This document shows positions 30,801 to 37,927 of a stretch of 64,000 bases of DNA, in pieces (the first letter of the stretch is position 1; each line of letters opens with the position of its first letter). A program made the translations under genes and the position numbers. The stretch spans positions 13,140 through 77,139 of IMG/VR virus record IMGVR_UViG_3300029787_000018; one strand, written 5' to 3'. Under the pieces are notes generated by a model. It did not search any database. It was given only the letters and a program-made list of their open reading frames with translations, and was not told the DNA's origin. The DNA comes from a virus.

Positions 30801-33145
30801 TCGTTTTCCCCATTTTCTTCTCCCTGAACGTCTCCGGCAGTAGCACCATCGATTTCATTATCGCCATCTGTTCCTTGTCCAGTAGGTGACGTAGGTGGTA
30901 CACCTTCGCCATCTTCTCGTTGGGATTCAGTTTCTTCGGTGGTTGCAACTTCCTCGGTGGTTTCTGATTCTTCTGATACATCATCTTTGTTTTTATTAAA
31001 TAGATTGTCGAAAAGGCTTTTAGCTTTATTTCCTAGTTCCGATATTTTGCCAATGGCTTTCTTGCCTATATTGGCACCGTCGTACTCCGCATTATCTTTA
31101 AGGACTTCTGCTTGGTTGTTCTTTTTAAGAATATCCTCGTTCGATTTTTGTACAAAGTATTTGTAGTCGGCTTTGGCAAGTCCCGTAGCTATAATATCCT
31201 GACCTCTTTCGTTTTTAACCTGTATAGGTTCTACAACGTTCTCAACAGCCTTACCTAGAATAAGGTTGGCTTTGTTCGCTTGCGCTTGGGCTATACCATA
31301 AGTAAGACCCTGAATCGTTTTATCTGTTTCAGCAGTACGCTCATTGATTTCCGATTCTATTTGTTGTTCTGTAAGATTACTATTTACTAATATTTCAATA
31401 ACATTTTCAAGTTTTGATTTTTCTACCTCAACCTGTTCTTGAAAGAACATTTCGGCACTATGGTTCAAGAACAACGCATGCTTACCTCTAATGTTAAGCT
31501 GTTCGGCTTGGTTATCGAGTACCATGTAATCATCGATATCTTCTTGCATTTTTTGAGCTTCTTCCTCAGTAATAATACCTTCTTTGATAAGGTTCTGTGA
31601 ATAGCTCTCGAACATTTCCGTTTTGTCCTGTAGCACCATATCCGATATGGTTTCACGCATATGGAACTTCTGCATTTCATTGCCTTTTTCATCGGCACTA
31701 TCAAAAATAGTTTTAAGGTTCTCCGTTCGGTTGTATAATTGTCTTGAACGCTCGGCATCCTTATTGATGCCCGATACTATACCAGATACACCGCCACCAA
31801 GGGCACCTAATGCAAATGCAATGGTTTTCGTTCCTTCGTTCTCTTCACTGTTATAGAACTCCATGAAACTACCGTATTCTGGTTCTGTACCCATTACGTC
31901 GCTTTCAGCCATCATAGCCGCCCAGCTTTCATAAGTCTCTTGGAAAGTTTCTTCGTAACCTTCCTGTAAAGCTTTACCCGATGCACTTACCAATTTTCTT
32001 AAAGTAGGTGAAGTCTTTGCCGTAAAAGCCTTGGATATATTTTTAAAATTCTTGCTTGAATCAAAAGCCTGTTTACCTTTCTTGATAAGATTGGACTGCT
32101 TTAATATCTTTCCGGCATTACCGTAGGTCATACCCCATGAAAGAATATCAACAGCCATATACTTTAGGTTGTTACTAAATGTTTTCGCTGCAATATCGGA
32201 TAGTTCATCATTGGTAAACAAAGGGTTTCCGTTTTCGTCGGTAAGTTCTTTTCTTGAATTGTATGCTTCTGCAGAATTCAATAGACCGGAGATAACGTTA
32301 CTTGCCATACCACCTGCAATATTCTCAACAGCGGCTCCTGCAGTATTGGTAAGTTTCCCTAAATCGGTAACAGCTTTTCCTATACCTTTTCCCGTACCAG
32401 CAACTTCCATTACTTCGTCAGCTCCACTAGCAAGTTTCTTGGAACCGTTTTTAAGTGTTCCCTTGGCATTTTTGATAAGACCTTTTTTAAGGGCTTTTCC
32501 AGCTAATGCATTACTACCTCTTTTTGCCAATGCTCCCGCACCTTTAGAAAGGAATATAAACTCTGCTAATTGTGGAATATACTCGGCACCATGTTTAGAC
32601 CAGAATTGAGGGTCGGCCAAGGTTTTGATAGAGAACTCGGGGTTTTTAAGTTCCTCTGGCATGTACACTTGGTTGTTCTCTGAAATGCCTTCTCCTTTTT
32701 CCTGTAGGAATCTTGAAATTACGTTACCGTCGAACATATCTATACCCGGAACGGCAGAACCTACTACTTGTGCTACGTCGCCAAATCCACCGATAACGTG
32801 ATCACCTATACCACGCATAAAGGAAACTCCCGCTTCGGTAACCCAATCCCTACCACTTACATCGGCACCAACGGAATTTTCTCCCGCTTCTGGTTCGTAC
32901 TGTTGCTTTGCACCTAACGGGTCGTTCTTGGATTGAACGGCACTACCTATAGACGCTTGTCTTTCTTGGGCGTTTGGAAATACGGCTTTCGGCTGTTCAG
33001 GTTCTTTAGCAGTTGGTTGTTTCGGATCGGTATTCTCTTGACCTTTCTCGGTTTGGTAATCAGGGTTGTTCTCTTCCGCTTGGGTACCCTCTTCTTCAAC
33101 TCCTTGCTTTTGTAAGGAGCTGATGTAATTTTTAAAATTTGGCAT
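21875..33145 (-). CDS. virion-packaged double-psi-barrel RNA polymerase polyprotein (crAss-like) with zincin-like HExxH region
   Basis: 3756 aa. ATRVP..G followed by GADLDGD (DLDGD at 26204-26218), upstream STDGG and LKG motifs, HEMTH at 29933-29947. Positioned after the ejection proteins. Confidence 0.8.
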   Translation of the reverse strand: MPNFKNYISSLQKQGVEEEGTQAEENNPDYQTEKGQENTDPKQPTAKEPEQPKAVFPNAQERQASIGSAVQSKNDPLGAKQQYEPEAGENSVGADVSGRDWVTEAGVSFMRGIGDHVIGGFGDVAQVVGSAVPGIDMFDGNVISRFLQEKGEGISENNQVYMPEELKNPEFSIKTLADPQFWSKHGAEYIPQLAEFIFLSKGAGALAKRGSNALAGKALKKGLIKNAKGTLKNGSKKLASGADEVMEVAGTGKGIGKAVTDLGKLTNTAGAAVENIAGGMASNVISGLLNSAEAYNSRKELTDENGNPLFTNDELSDIAAKTFSNNLKYMAVDILSWGMTYGNAGKILKQSNLIKKGKQAFDSSKNFKNISKAFTAKTSPTLRKLVSASGKALQEGYEETFQETYESWAAMMAESDVMGTEPEYGSFMEFYNSEENEGTKTIAFALGALGGGVSGIVSGINKDAERSRQLYNRTENLKTIFDSADEKGNEMQKFHMRETISDMVLQDKTEMFESYSQNLIKEGIITEEEAQKMQEDIDDYMVLDNQAEQLNIRGKHALFLNHSAEMFFQEQVEVEKSKLENVIEILVNSNLTEQQIESEINERTAETDKTIQGLTYGIAQAQANKANLILGKAVENVVEPIQVKNERGQDIIATGLAKADYKYFVQKSNEDILKKNNQAEVLKDNAEYDGANIGKKAIGKISELGNKAKSLFDNLFNKNKDDVSEESETTEEVATTEETESQREDGEGVPPTSPTGQGTDGDNEIDGATAGDVQGEENGENDSVESDDVTGEVSDDITEDELNELSDLEEESETLSKPKKKESKEDASKREQRAKEVKKRISELAEKAKAKANKALPKGLAKKTYDDIVAKIKGQKSLTPKEQEIVDKFNDTFDKVKETAKDKSKQFQNFVNKQAEPKQVNKTKKQIKSQATKIKKKLSSAIDAYKKGVGPFMESRGDELAESNSELSEQNEADEFVTFEENNEPLEENRAEAPIIGRIRNSPSDLDKMVAINQRLNFMFPKADSRVNAYILDDLVKALGIRGTGLAVSAAVFVRSDEWNQGEVFMHEMTHIFYRFAKDRPETKAVLEQVMANKKLVNEIAERYPDYVLYNFGVGESKEVGTFSGKPTEEDLVEYGASILPLAEQKYILEEAFVATMQGPLSKKYNNFFGLSTEAKRTNTTRKWWKMIDTKAKSEPTYLQESQELIQKLNDGQDLSIDNMRDYIVMEFLKEVPRIEATEIGFESRSTAYDANIMQRRVKVKSRLEEEVANFDPEENKNLFTRKEDALDQILDEVADNQEDADNVISIAEKSFMTRTAKATKIINNFVKEYNRAIRLRKSIWGKQGPLFDKKEFRYKMFQLAANTNNSVDFIDALENSPHADIQAFNKFLELRAPEAKTVLLNSTWTLFSNYRMVNAVKSVMSENDGKINHSIEESLSKREQSQAQDMMDNMAKARDYMLKKSGHLLGDQWSEFEGIVARIKDDTATNEDYVKAYRFMAPPDVKMMDILENGFINVKGTYYSPVTVLKSFIDNDKHLGKPAKNGNRYMYPYNFRPIANAIMATNREFTQDSVVENAKGNMVPVRMMNNHMTKELDQMYDSLRPNKDGDVIPKADFIKRYSHITRSKAYSKPVPNQFLDNFYDSVVAGNKPDLVYYTGIDDSVSNNANAFEDSTSYEQSFEDFMMYASGLNKKTYLANVGVFGDSPRKYYMPTKRLDMSNDTTTAAYNIYRNISEENISKRQFNLSLIKEGEKEVDFFNKNGKELMKIDSLKSMFDKNGKLNPKGEKIVKGYVYNQIMNGLFMAEVVSPNIKISSIAKRLKNAGSPVISVNKNLKFEPIFFKDPKDNEASTDGGMFILREDAERWANVGKGVFDLNEGFKFLNYSVEKDNPNFRGNTVLLKGYTTIIDQDFVDQNYKFKGLYEHMKARRAKMFDAYAKKNNGAMPSDNFTDGLENYFPIAIPFSSEKTGIQKGKGMENAPYLNELMNEEGVTKAGEFQDNIMYDSKGGFMGISGYNFGPQQVMDKVTDEVTLPVQQMNSLLVHSLNLGHLEEAEAIQELISDMMSENLNEVTNELKKKDVATYNKIVTKEMNKEDMDQVQRFVIEKYGILHPRAIEIVSNQLANTLKSKGNKLRIAGTYAHQKSSYGWELPVDGEIKGSNELNGYTQASTGLNRAEIVLPQHLNGKVRARKYYTPDSKLGEMAIKATDTNGYLDKTKTPQENDLMRLKEAADKFVAHLNKNRDKTTPKLETQTVLKDGKVIGYYVPGETVIATRVPSNGPNFTGIFEAVEFAVGKGNQVQVPTSFSKTIGADLDGDALFIQHKGKNKKMNEVIDRMEKLWLSEKMAPFIQTAMDTSGEGKKLKEHIKEQFPNYVKEQPLAFSPSYRRKSYEDSMIAKRNIGTVFNLHRIANTLAAYRANMKEGIMVNNTNYQIFEDMGEGDQSRNHKSALVANLILDNLNENAADALNINEHTVSAFTLMVNLNIPIEDVAVMMNAPMVKEYVSIMNENNSAFHGYTPRKQMLTELAKRSVSNGNNGTVKYDSNSTGGVVTNTNNKEFYSQKNQSNIINLIMKMDEVNADIQKVSKIMAGHNGIETNPYLLEKQIGEFKRIMNNEDSTMNIPAEMASNPDLKRYLNTAEATLEHTKQIDLVYRPAITKLLQGLAVKQGMELLNDNQIKKYTRSISKFLHSNISGYNNMSKEELAEIVDPKNENSVFADLSEYIAGLKMEGNLENNLLLTQGLNMKFDGNKPYISMNSSFFDESLTTQEVRRMNKEFSELPADLQYKLVYYDLTKNGWGSPLSMLPITDSFTNKMLVENLNQDFKEKNDKTYTRPELRELEEILMLKDINGVRNNIPFFDIKGLSPEKAMIEMQKNPQFRAALENNTQFYFKSRDAKGNMNLYKFIGNKSEVFNKPISNTLNRLNHLAKNATKMIKKVPRRTNNQLDIDLVTITSSSNNPVPRVKKKAEPIGMEAREEFWDYKSQDFMDKQTFNDAMEFNKFQTEESKNQAYQEYVKEKKRANEIYNKSFRGKDFNQFSPEKLMELYRTYGSKNAYAYANITTPIVKALAAKISAQQTKLTGRTKTNEDLGPVQTWLMANNIPSNHPEIQGMVRNMTAMEKQFQNEKKKYVTRINETTNALYKEKFGFMFDSGNPIDILKRFYYSYIHNRKDLYNILYGNLVEENEIVSEGKVIKEFKLKSNEEINKLKEQGRLSEAEYNFYKTFTDITGELAPSSTSDGKRVRRGYIPHTSMGTFESFSNRGLLGLLQSTKNSDDALNEVMLYIDNPDTGKKELVSFKDIDNIYSAMSASTKNNAKQIKDYILLKNKAKKLLKSGKNEDGSDIEVSDFEMDSALSFGIMNRFANTRSNKATEMPSMDLNHALNSYVHSTLFVNGNENFAGFKSMQAVVDGVLALNQDKGLKNAGKYVKMNWKDYYLKGKRQNLLGEKGDKVVDLLTKMNLFWQLGFNASYFMGNVASGKYHNIKNGSVKEWAKGESRFWGMDTSTTNPFDIVKRMKRTQKILKTLNFMDINVYDNVSMSSKGRLDNFLGDLALMPMTWSEKWIQGVQMAGMLTEAEWNKFDENGEYKPMEEPIDQQRLIMLENEVKKSQGKGYQATDQRLIQQYSLGRMMLQFSRFLPTVVNDRFAKQDIDIYGNEHIGSLRMLFKTVSEVQSMNPKDYIEYRKKLQKESPELAKRLDSGLKGLAMSGLIGGFALSTDNRFAESAYWDANYYMDLDKIEYKLIPSAVRTTKSMVESIF

Positions 33146-33147
33146 AA

Positions 33148-35097
33148 TTACTCTTTGTTAATTTGCAAATATCTATTGTAAGTACTTTTCCATAAATCTC
33201 CGGTTTCCTTATTGTCGGCAATGTCTTGCTCACTAGCACCTTGATTCATTTCGCTTACTAAGATATCAATAAGTTCTTCATCCGAAGTATCGTGTCCAAA
33301 AGTTCTCATAAGTTTTGCCGTTTGTGGTACGGTTTCCATAAACTTGTGGAACTCTTGACTATTTGGTTTAGCACCCGTAATAGCGTAAAAAGACTTCATT
33401 ATACTAGACCTGTTAACGCTAGGTTCATCAGGCTTGGAATACATCTGTGCTTCGTTTAAAAAGTTCGGATCGTTTTCCACTTGTGAATCTATCGTCAACA
33501 ATACATTATCGAAGTTCTGTTCCGCTTGTGCCGTTGATGCTTCCGCTTGCTGAAATTCGCTATCAAGTCTTTGTGAAGCTTCATTCTGCTTTTTAAGGTC
33601 GTCGGCACTACCCAACAATACGGAAAGTCCTCTACGTGCCGCGCTGTCCTCTACATTCACACGCTTATAGTATATTCTTTCGTTATCACTGTTTTTAAGA
33701 GCAAGGAAATAACTCATTTTAACCTCTGAACCGTCAAGGGCTTCAACATGGTCTTTTTGCTCTTTGGCTTTAATCTCCCCATCATCGTCCATGATATTCA
33801 TAACGATTTGGTTGTTGCCGTTTTTATCTTTTGCCAATAATCCGGTGATAACACCTAAGTTTTCATATTCGGTGTCGTACTCGCCTTTTTCAAACTTGTT
33901 CCTGCCCGTCATTTCTATACCTTGGCTACTATATATTTCATCTATATCGGCAGGGTCGAATCTATACTGACCTCTTTCGTTAGGTTCTCGGTTCAAGAAA
34001 TATTCTGCCCACGTGTCCTTATGTGGTCCAGCTACTTCTTTAGCTTCTGCAGGTTTCCATCTGTCTCCCCAAAGTCTGCTAATGTTCCTTGAAGTCCTAT
34101 CGTCGGTATGGATTTTAAAACCGTCTTTCTTTTCGGTTACGGAATATGAATCATGCTTCCAATCGCTTTGTACGTTGTCCGAAACAAAAGTATCTCCGGA
34201 TTTCTGTAGCTTGTCCATAATCTTTTTAGGTTGGAAAGAACCTGTTTTGGTTTCAAACAGATCGTTTACCGTAGTTCCTTTTTTGATTACATGGCTCTGC
34301 ATAGCCAAAAGATTGGTCGTATGTAATTGTGGCCTGGTATCTGGTTTTACCTTAACATCTTTTGTTGCTTGCAATGCTTTTTCTTGTGCAAGCTTTTGTT
34401 TTAATCTTAATGTTTCACGGTTACTTCCTTTTTTACCGTAACCCATTAAAGACATAAAGCCTAACAACTTTTCAGTAGTAGGCTGTTGGTCTTCTGGAAA
34501 GTTGGTCATATAGTTACCAAGGACTTTCATGTAATTGTCTTCGTTAAACAAAATATCGGTCATAGGAATATCTTTCCCTAGATCGTAATTATTGTCGTTG
34601 GGCATTTCTATTTCGGACATTAAACCAGAATAGGTAATATTGCCTTCTCCTGTTTGTTCGTAATGTTCCAATGCTTTCTTATCCCTCATAGAAATACGAT
34701 GTCCAAAACCTTTCTCCATAGCATCTTTAATCTTTACGGAGTTTTCCTTATTGGTAATATAAGTCTGGAACTCTGGTGTACTCTTAATATCCTCTGTAAA
34801 GTTTTCCATAATGGAACGACCACCATTTTTAAGAAACTCGGCTCTATTGCCACCGTACATAGCAACCTTGTTTCTTATACTGTTGTGCATCTTACTGACC
34901 ATCTTATCAAAGCGCTCTCTGTCCGGACCAAGCATTTTATCAGCTTCAGCGTTCAACCGCTCGTAATAGGCGGCTTCTTGCGCAGAAGCTTGTTCTTTTC
35001 TAGCGTTCTCTTGATCAACAAAAGTATTTAACGCTAAATGAGATTGTAAGTTTGATTGCGCTCCGTTAGAACGTTGCATTGATTGTCTTGGATCCAT
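33148..35097 (-). CDS. putative ejection/internal virion protein
   Basis: 649 aa, helical, between the tail module and the RNAP. Confidence 0.55.
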   Translation of the reverse strand: MDPRQSMQRSNGAQSNLQSHLALNTFVDQENARKEQASAQEAAYYERLNAEADKMLGPDRERFDKMVSKMHNSIRNKVAMYGGNRAEFLKNGGRSIMENFTEDIKSTPEFQTYITNKENSVKIKDAMEKGFGHRISMRDKKALEHYEQTGEGNITYSGLMSEIEMPNDNNYDLGKDIPMTDILFNEDNYMKVLGNYMTNFPEDQQPTTEKLLGFMSLMGYGKKGSNRETLRLKQKLAQEKALQATKDVKVKPDTRPQLHTTNLLAMQSHVIKKGTTVNDLFETKTGSFQPKKIMDKLQKSGDTFVSDNVQSDWKHDSYSVTEKKDGFKIHTDDRTSRNISRLWGDRWKPAEAKEVAGPHKDTWAEYFLNREPNERGQYRFDPADIDEIYSSQGIEMTGRNKFEKGEYDTEYENLGVITGLLAKDKNGNNQIVMNIMDDDGEIKAKEQKDHVEALDGSEVKMSYFLALKNSDNERIYYKRVNVEDSAARRGLSVLLGSADDLKKQNEASQRLDSEFQQAEASTAQAEQNFDNVLLTIDSQVENDPNFLNEAQMYSKPDEPSVNRSSIMKSFYAITGAKPNSQEFHKFMETVPQTAKLMRTFGHDTSDEELIDILVSEMNQGASEQDIADNKETGDLWKSTYNRYLQINKE

Positions 35098-37374
35098 TTA
35101 AGAAATATTTATATTGTCGTAATTAACGGTTTCTTTTTGAGATAAAAACTGTTTGTCGTCAATATCTTTATACAACATTGATTTATAATCGCCTGTTTCA
35201 ATAGCCGATTCCATTAAAGGTTGGCTTACATTTGAGAAATCGGTATTCTTAGCAAAGTCAACAGCTTTTACAAGACTGTCTATATCACCGGTCTTTGATG
35301 CAGCCAAATTTAAAAACTTATTTCCTTCTTGACTTAAAGTAGGAACCGTTTCTTTTAAGTAATCGACTTTGGTATTGTTCTGCTTGATAGGATTGATAAC
35401 ATTGTTCATGTACCATGACCTAGTACCTTTTTTGGTACCTTTACCATCGTCTTTCATATCTGGGTCATAGCCAAATGCTTTTTGGCGTATCTGTGACATT
35501 AGCATATGTGATGCGGTACCAGGTGCGTTTTGTGCCGCATCGGCAAGTGCATCTGACATAGCCCCAAAACCTGCAAATGCTAGGTCGGTACCGTCTTGAC
35601 GTGTTTGTAAATCCATTGCTTGCTTGGTCTTGGTATTGTCTATATCCCTACGAGAATCGAAATCGTTGATATAGCTCATTACCTCGCCGTACTTATCAAG
35701 TGCCGCTTGCTTTTCTTGAAAGTCAGCAATGGCAATATCGTTATTCGCTTTTAGTCTATTATAATCCAATTGTCCTTGGTTACCCAATACAAGGTTTCTA
35801 TTACCACCGGAAGCTTCTACGATATTGTTCATCATGGATGAATACGCACTTGCGGCATCGTCTTTAAGCTTTGCCTCTATTTCTGGTGGCAATCCCATTT
35901 GAGCTACTTTTTGAAGCTTGGCCGCATAATCAAGTACCCCTTGCGATATCTGCTCTGTACGCATAGGTACATCTGCATTGGCTCTTTCCATACCCGCAAT
36001 ACCTACCATAGCGTTTCCTATAGCTTCAAAAGGTATACTAGGCTCAAAGTCCTTTTTATCGTATACCATATCTTGCGGTTCTTCAAGATACTCCCTATCC
36101 AAGTAGCTCATTAATTGAGCTCGTTTTTCGGCATTAGCATCCTCAACGGAACTTACTTCTATCGGAACAGCGTTACCGTCTTTAGCTACAGTTGTTGTAG
36201 TAGCAACTTCTGTTTTCTTAGGTTGTTCGTTCTTTAGGTTTTTTTCCTTTGGAACAACATCCGTATTAGCGATACTGAAATCGGCTATATTAGAATTGTC
36301 AACGCTAAAATCCAAGTCTATGAACTCGTCGTTCTTATTATCGAAAAGGTCTATTTTATTAAACGGTCCAAAACCTGTAGGTATAGAAATACCGTATTTT
36401 TTATCATCGATCAATTCTTTTAAGCTACCGAACTCTTTACCACTGAACTTCTGAGCGTTGTCCATGATGTACTTACTTACACCGTTACCGCTTTTGGTAA
36501 GTCCTAAAGAAGTTGTGTACTTACCGTTATTGGTCTTATGGAAAGCTTTGGCAAACTCTGGATTGTTCTTGCTGATTTCATCAACAAGTTTTCTTCCCTT
36601 TTCGGTTTCAATACTTAAATGGTGGTATGGTCTACCACCAGAAGCTTTAGCCTTAATGTTTCCTTTGATTTCTTTATAGAACTCTTGGAACAAGGCTTTT
36701 TCGGTTTCAAAATTGTTTATCTTCTTTCCTAGTTCGGCATTGATAATGTCTGAATAACCTTTGTTGTAGAACTCTTGTTTGAGTTCCTTCATCCTAAGCT
36801 TTTTACCGCCATCGGTATACTCGTCGTTATTCTGAATTTTCTCCATCCTAGAAATGTATTCGTTTACATTTTTAGTCTGTTCTTCTTTAGGTATAAGCGT
36901 ACTTTCCTGTACGGGCTGGGCTTCAAATTCAAGAAGTCCTTTTTTACCTTTTTCAAGGTATCTTTCCACACCCATGTTATTACCTCCCGGTTCAAACTTA
37001 CCACCTTGGATATATGTCAATGCAGCTTTAGGACTCATGTGATATAGCTGTCCTATTTCGTCCAAGTCTAAATTCCTTTTGTTCTTAGACGCATTGTTCT
37101 TTACGAAAGAGTACATTTTAGGCATATACTCCTTTTCAAAAAACTCATCTTGAAGTTCTGCGGATTTTTTAAAATCCTCTTCATTGATATCCCCGTAACC
37201 CGCTTTTTTGGCAAACTTCTTTATCGGTTCCCACCAATACTTAGGATGGAACTGATACTTACCTATTGCTTTGGTATCCTTGTTCACCGCTGCAATATCA
37301 CCACCGTTCGTTTCTGAATAGTATAATCTAGCCCTTACGGCTGCCGTTAATTGTTTTAGTCCTGGGTTATCCAT
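35098..37374 (-). CDS. putative ejection protein with N-terminal lysozyme-like domain
   Basis: Likely ATG at 37374; 'YSETNGG...AIGKYQF..W...LQDEF' lysozyme-superfamily pattern. Confidence 0.6.
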   Translation of the reverse strand: MDNPGLKQLTAAVRARLYYSETNGGDIAAVNKDTKAIGKYQFHPKYWWEPIKKFAKKAGYGDINEEDFKKSAELQDEFFEKEYMPKMYSFVKNNASKNKRNLDLDEIGQLYHMSPKAALTYIQGGKFEPGGNNMGVERYLEKGKKGLLEFEAQPVQESTLIPKEEQTKNVNEYISRMEKIQNNDEYTDGGKKLRMKELKQEFYNKGYSDIINAELGKKINNFETEKALFQEFYKEIKGNIKAKASGGRPYHHLSIETEKGRKLVDEISKNNPEFAKAFHKTNNGKYTTSLGLTKSGNGVSKYIMDNAQKFSGKEFGSLKELIDDKKYGISIPTGFGPFNKIDLFDNKNDEFIDLDFSVDNSNIADFSIANTDVVPKEKNLKNEQPKKTEVATTTTVAKDGNAVPIEVSSVEDANAEKRAQLMSYLDREYLEEPQDMVYDKKDFEPSIPFEAIGNAMVGIAGMERANADVPMRTEQISQGVLDYAAKLQKVAQMGLPPEIEAKLKDDAASAYSSMMNNIVEASGGNRNLVLGNQGQLDYNRLKANNDIAIADFQEKQAALDKYGEVMSYINDFDSRRDIDNTKTKQAMDLQTRQDGTDLAFAGFGAMSDALADAAQNAPGTASHMLMSQIRQKAFGYDPDMKDDGKGTKKGTRSWYMNNVINPIKQNNTKVDYLKETVPTLSQEGNKFLNLAASKTGDIDSLVKAVDFAKNTDFSNVSQPLMESAIETGDYKSMLYKDIDDKQFLSQKETVNYDNINIS

Positions 37375-37927
37375 AATTCGGGTTGTAAGTTTTTTGTTGT
37401 TTGCCGTAAACATTGCTCTGTGCTTGTGATACTTGACGTCCTTGCATCAAATAATAGGAACGTTTTCTTTCATCTTTTGTAGATGCCAACATATCCTCGT
37501 ACTCCTTATTTTCTTTTTCAAGACGTATCTTTTTATCTTTATTGGAATCGATTATACCAGCGCCTAAACCTAATGCCCCTCCTATAGCCGCACCCCATGG
37601 ACCACCTACTTTCATACCCAATGAAGCACCTTTTAAAGTAGAACCCATTGTTTGTGCCTTGCTTTCTGCAGTACTGCTGGATACGCTTTGAAAATTAGCA
37701 TATTGCTCTGCGCCAAAATTCATGATATCCCCTGCAGACGCTAATGCGTTCGCTCCTATATCCATTTTAGGTTTGGCACCAACGGAATTTGGCGTAGGAA
37801 TATCAACACCATTTTCTAGTATAGGTGCGTTTATATCTATTTTTTCAAGCTTTACCGGGTTAACAGGCATTGTAGGCATGTATTGATTTACCGGTAAAGG
37901 TTCTCCTGTATATGGGTTTATTTTCAT
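37367..37927 (-). CDS. glycine-zipper ejection/pilot protein
   Basis: GASLGMKVGGPWGAAIGGALGLGAGII followed by a coiled coil. Confidence 0.6.
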   Translation of the reverse strand: MKINPYTGEPLPVNQYMPTMPVNPVKLEKIDINAPILENGVDIPTPNSVGAKPKMDIGANALASAGDIMNFGAEQYANFQSVSSSTAESKAQTMGSTLKGASLGMKVGGPWGAAIGGALGLGAGIIDSNKDKKIRLEKENKEYEDMLASTKDERKRSYYLMQGRQVSQAQSNVYGKQQKTYNPNYG

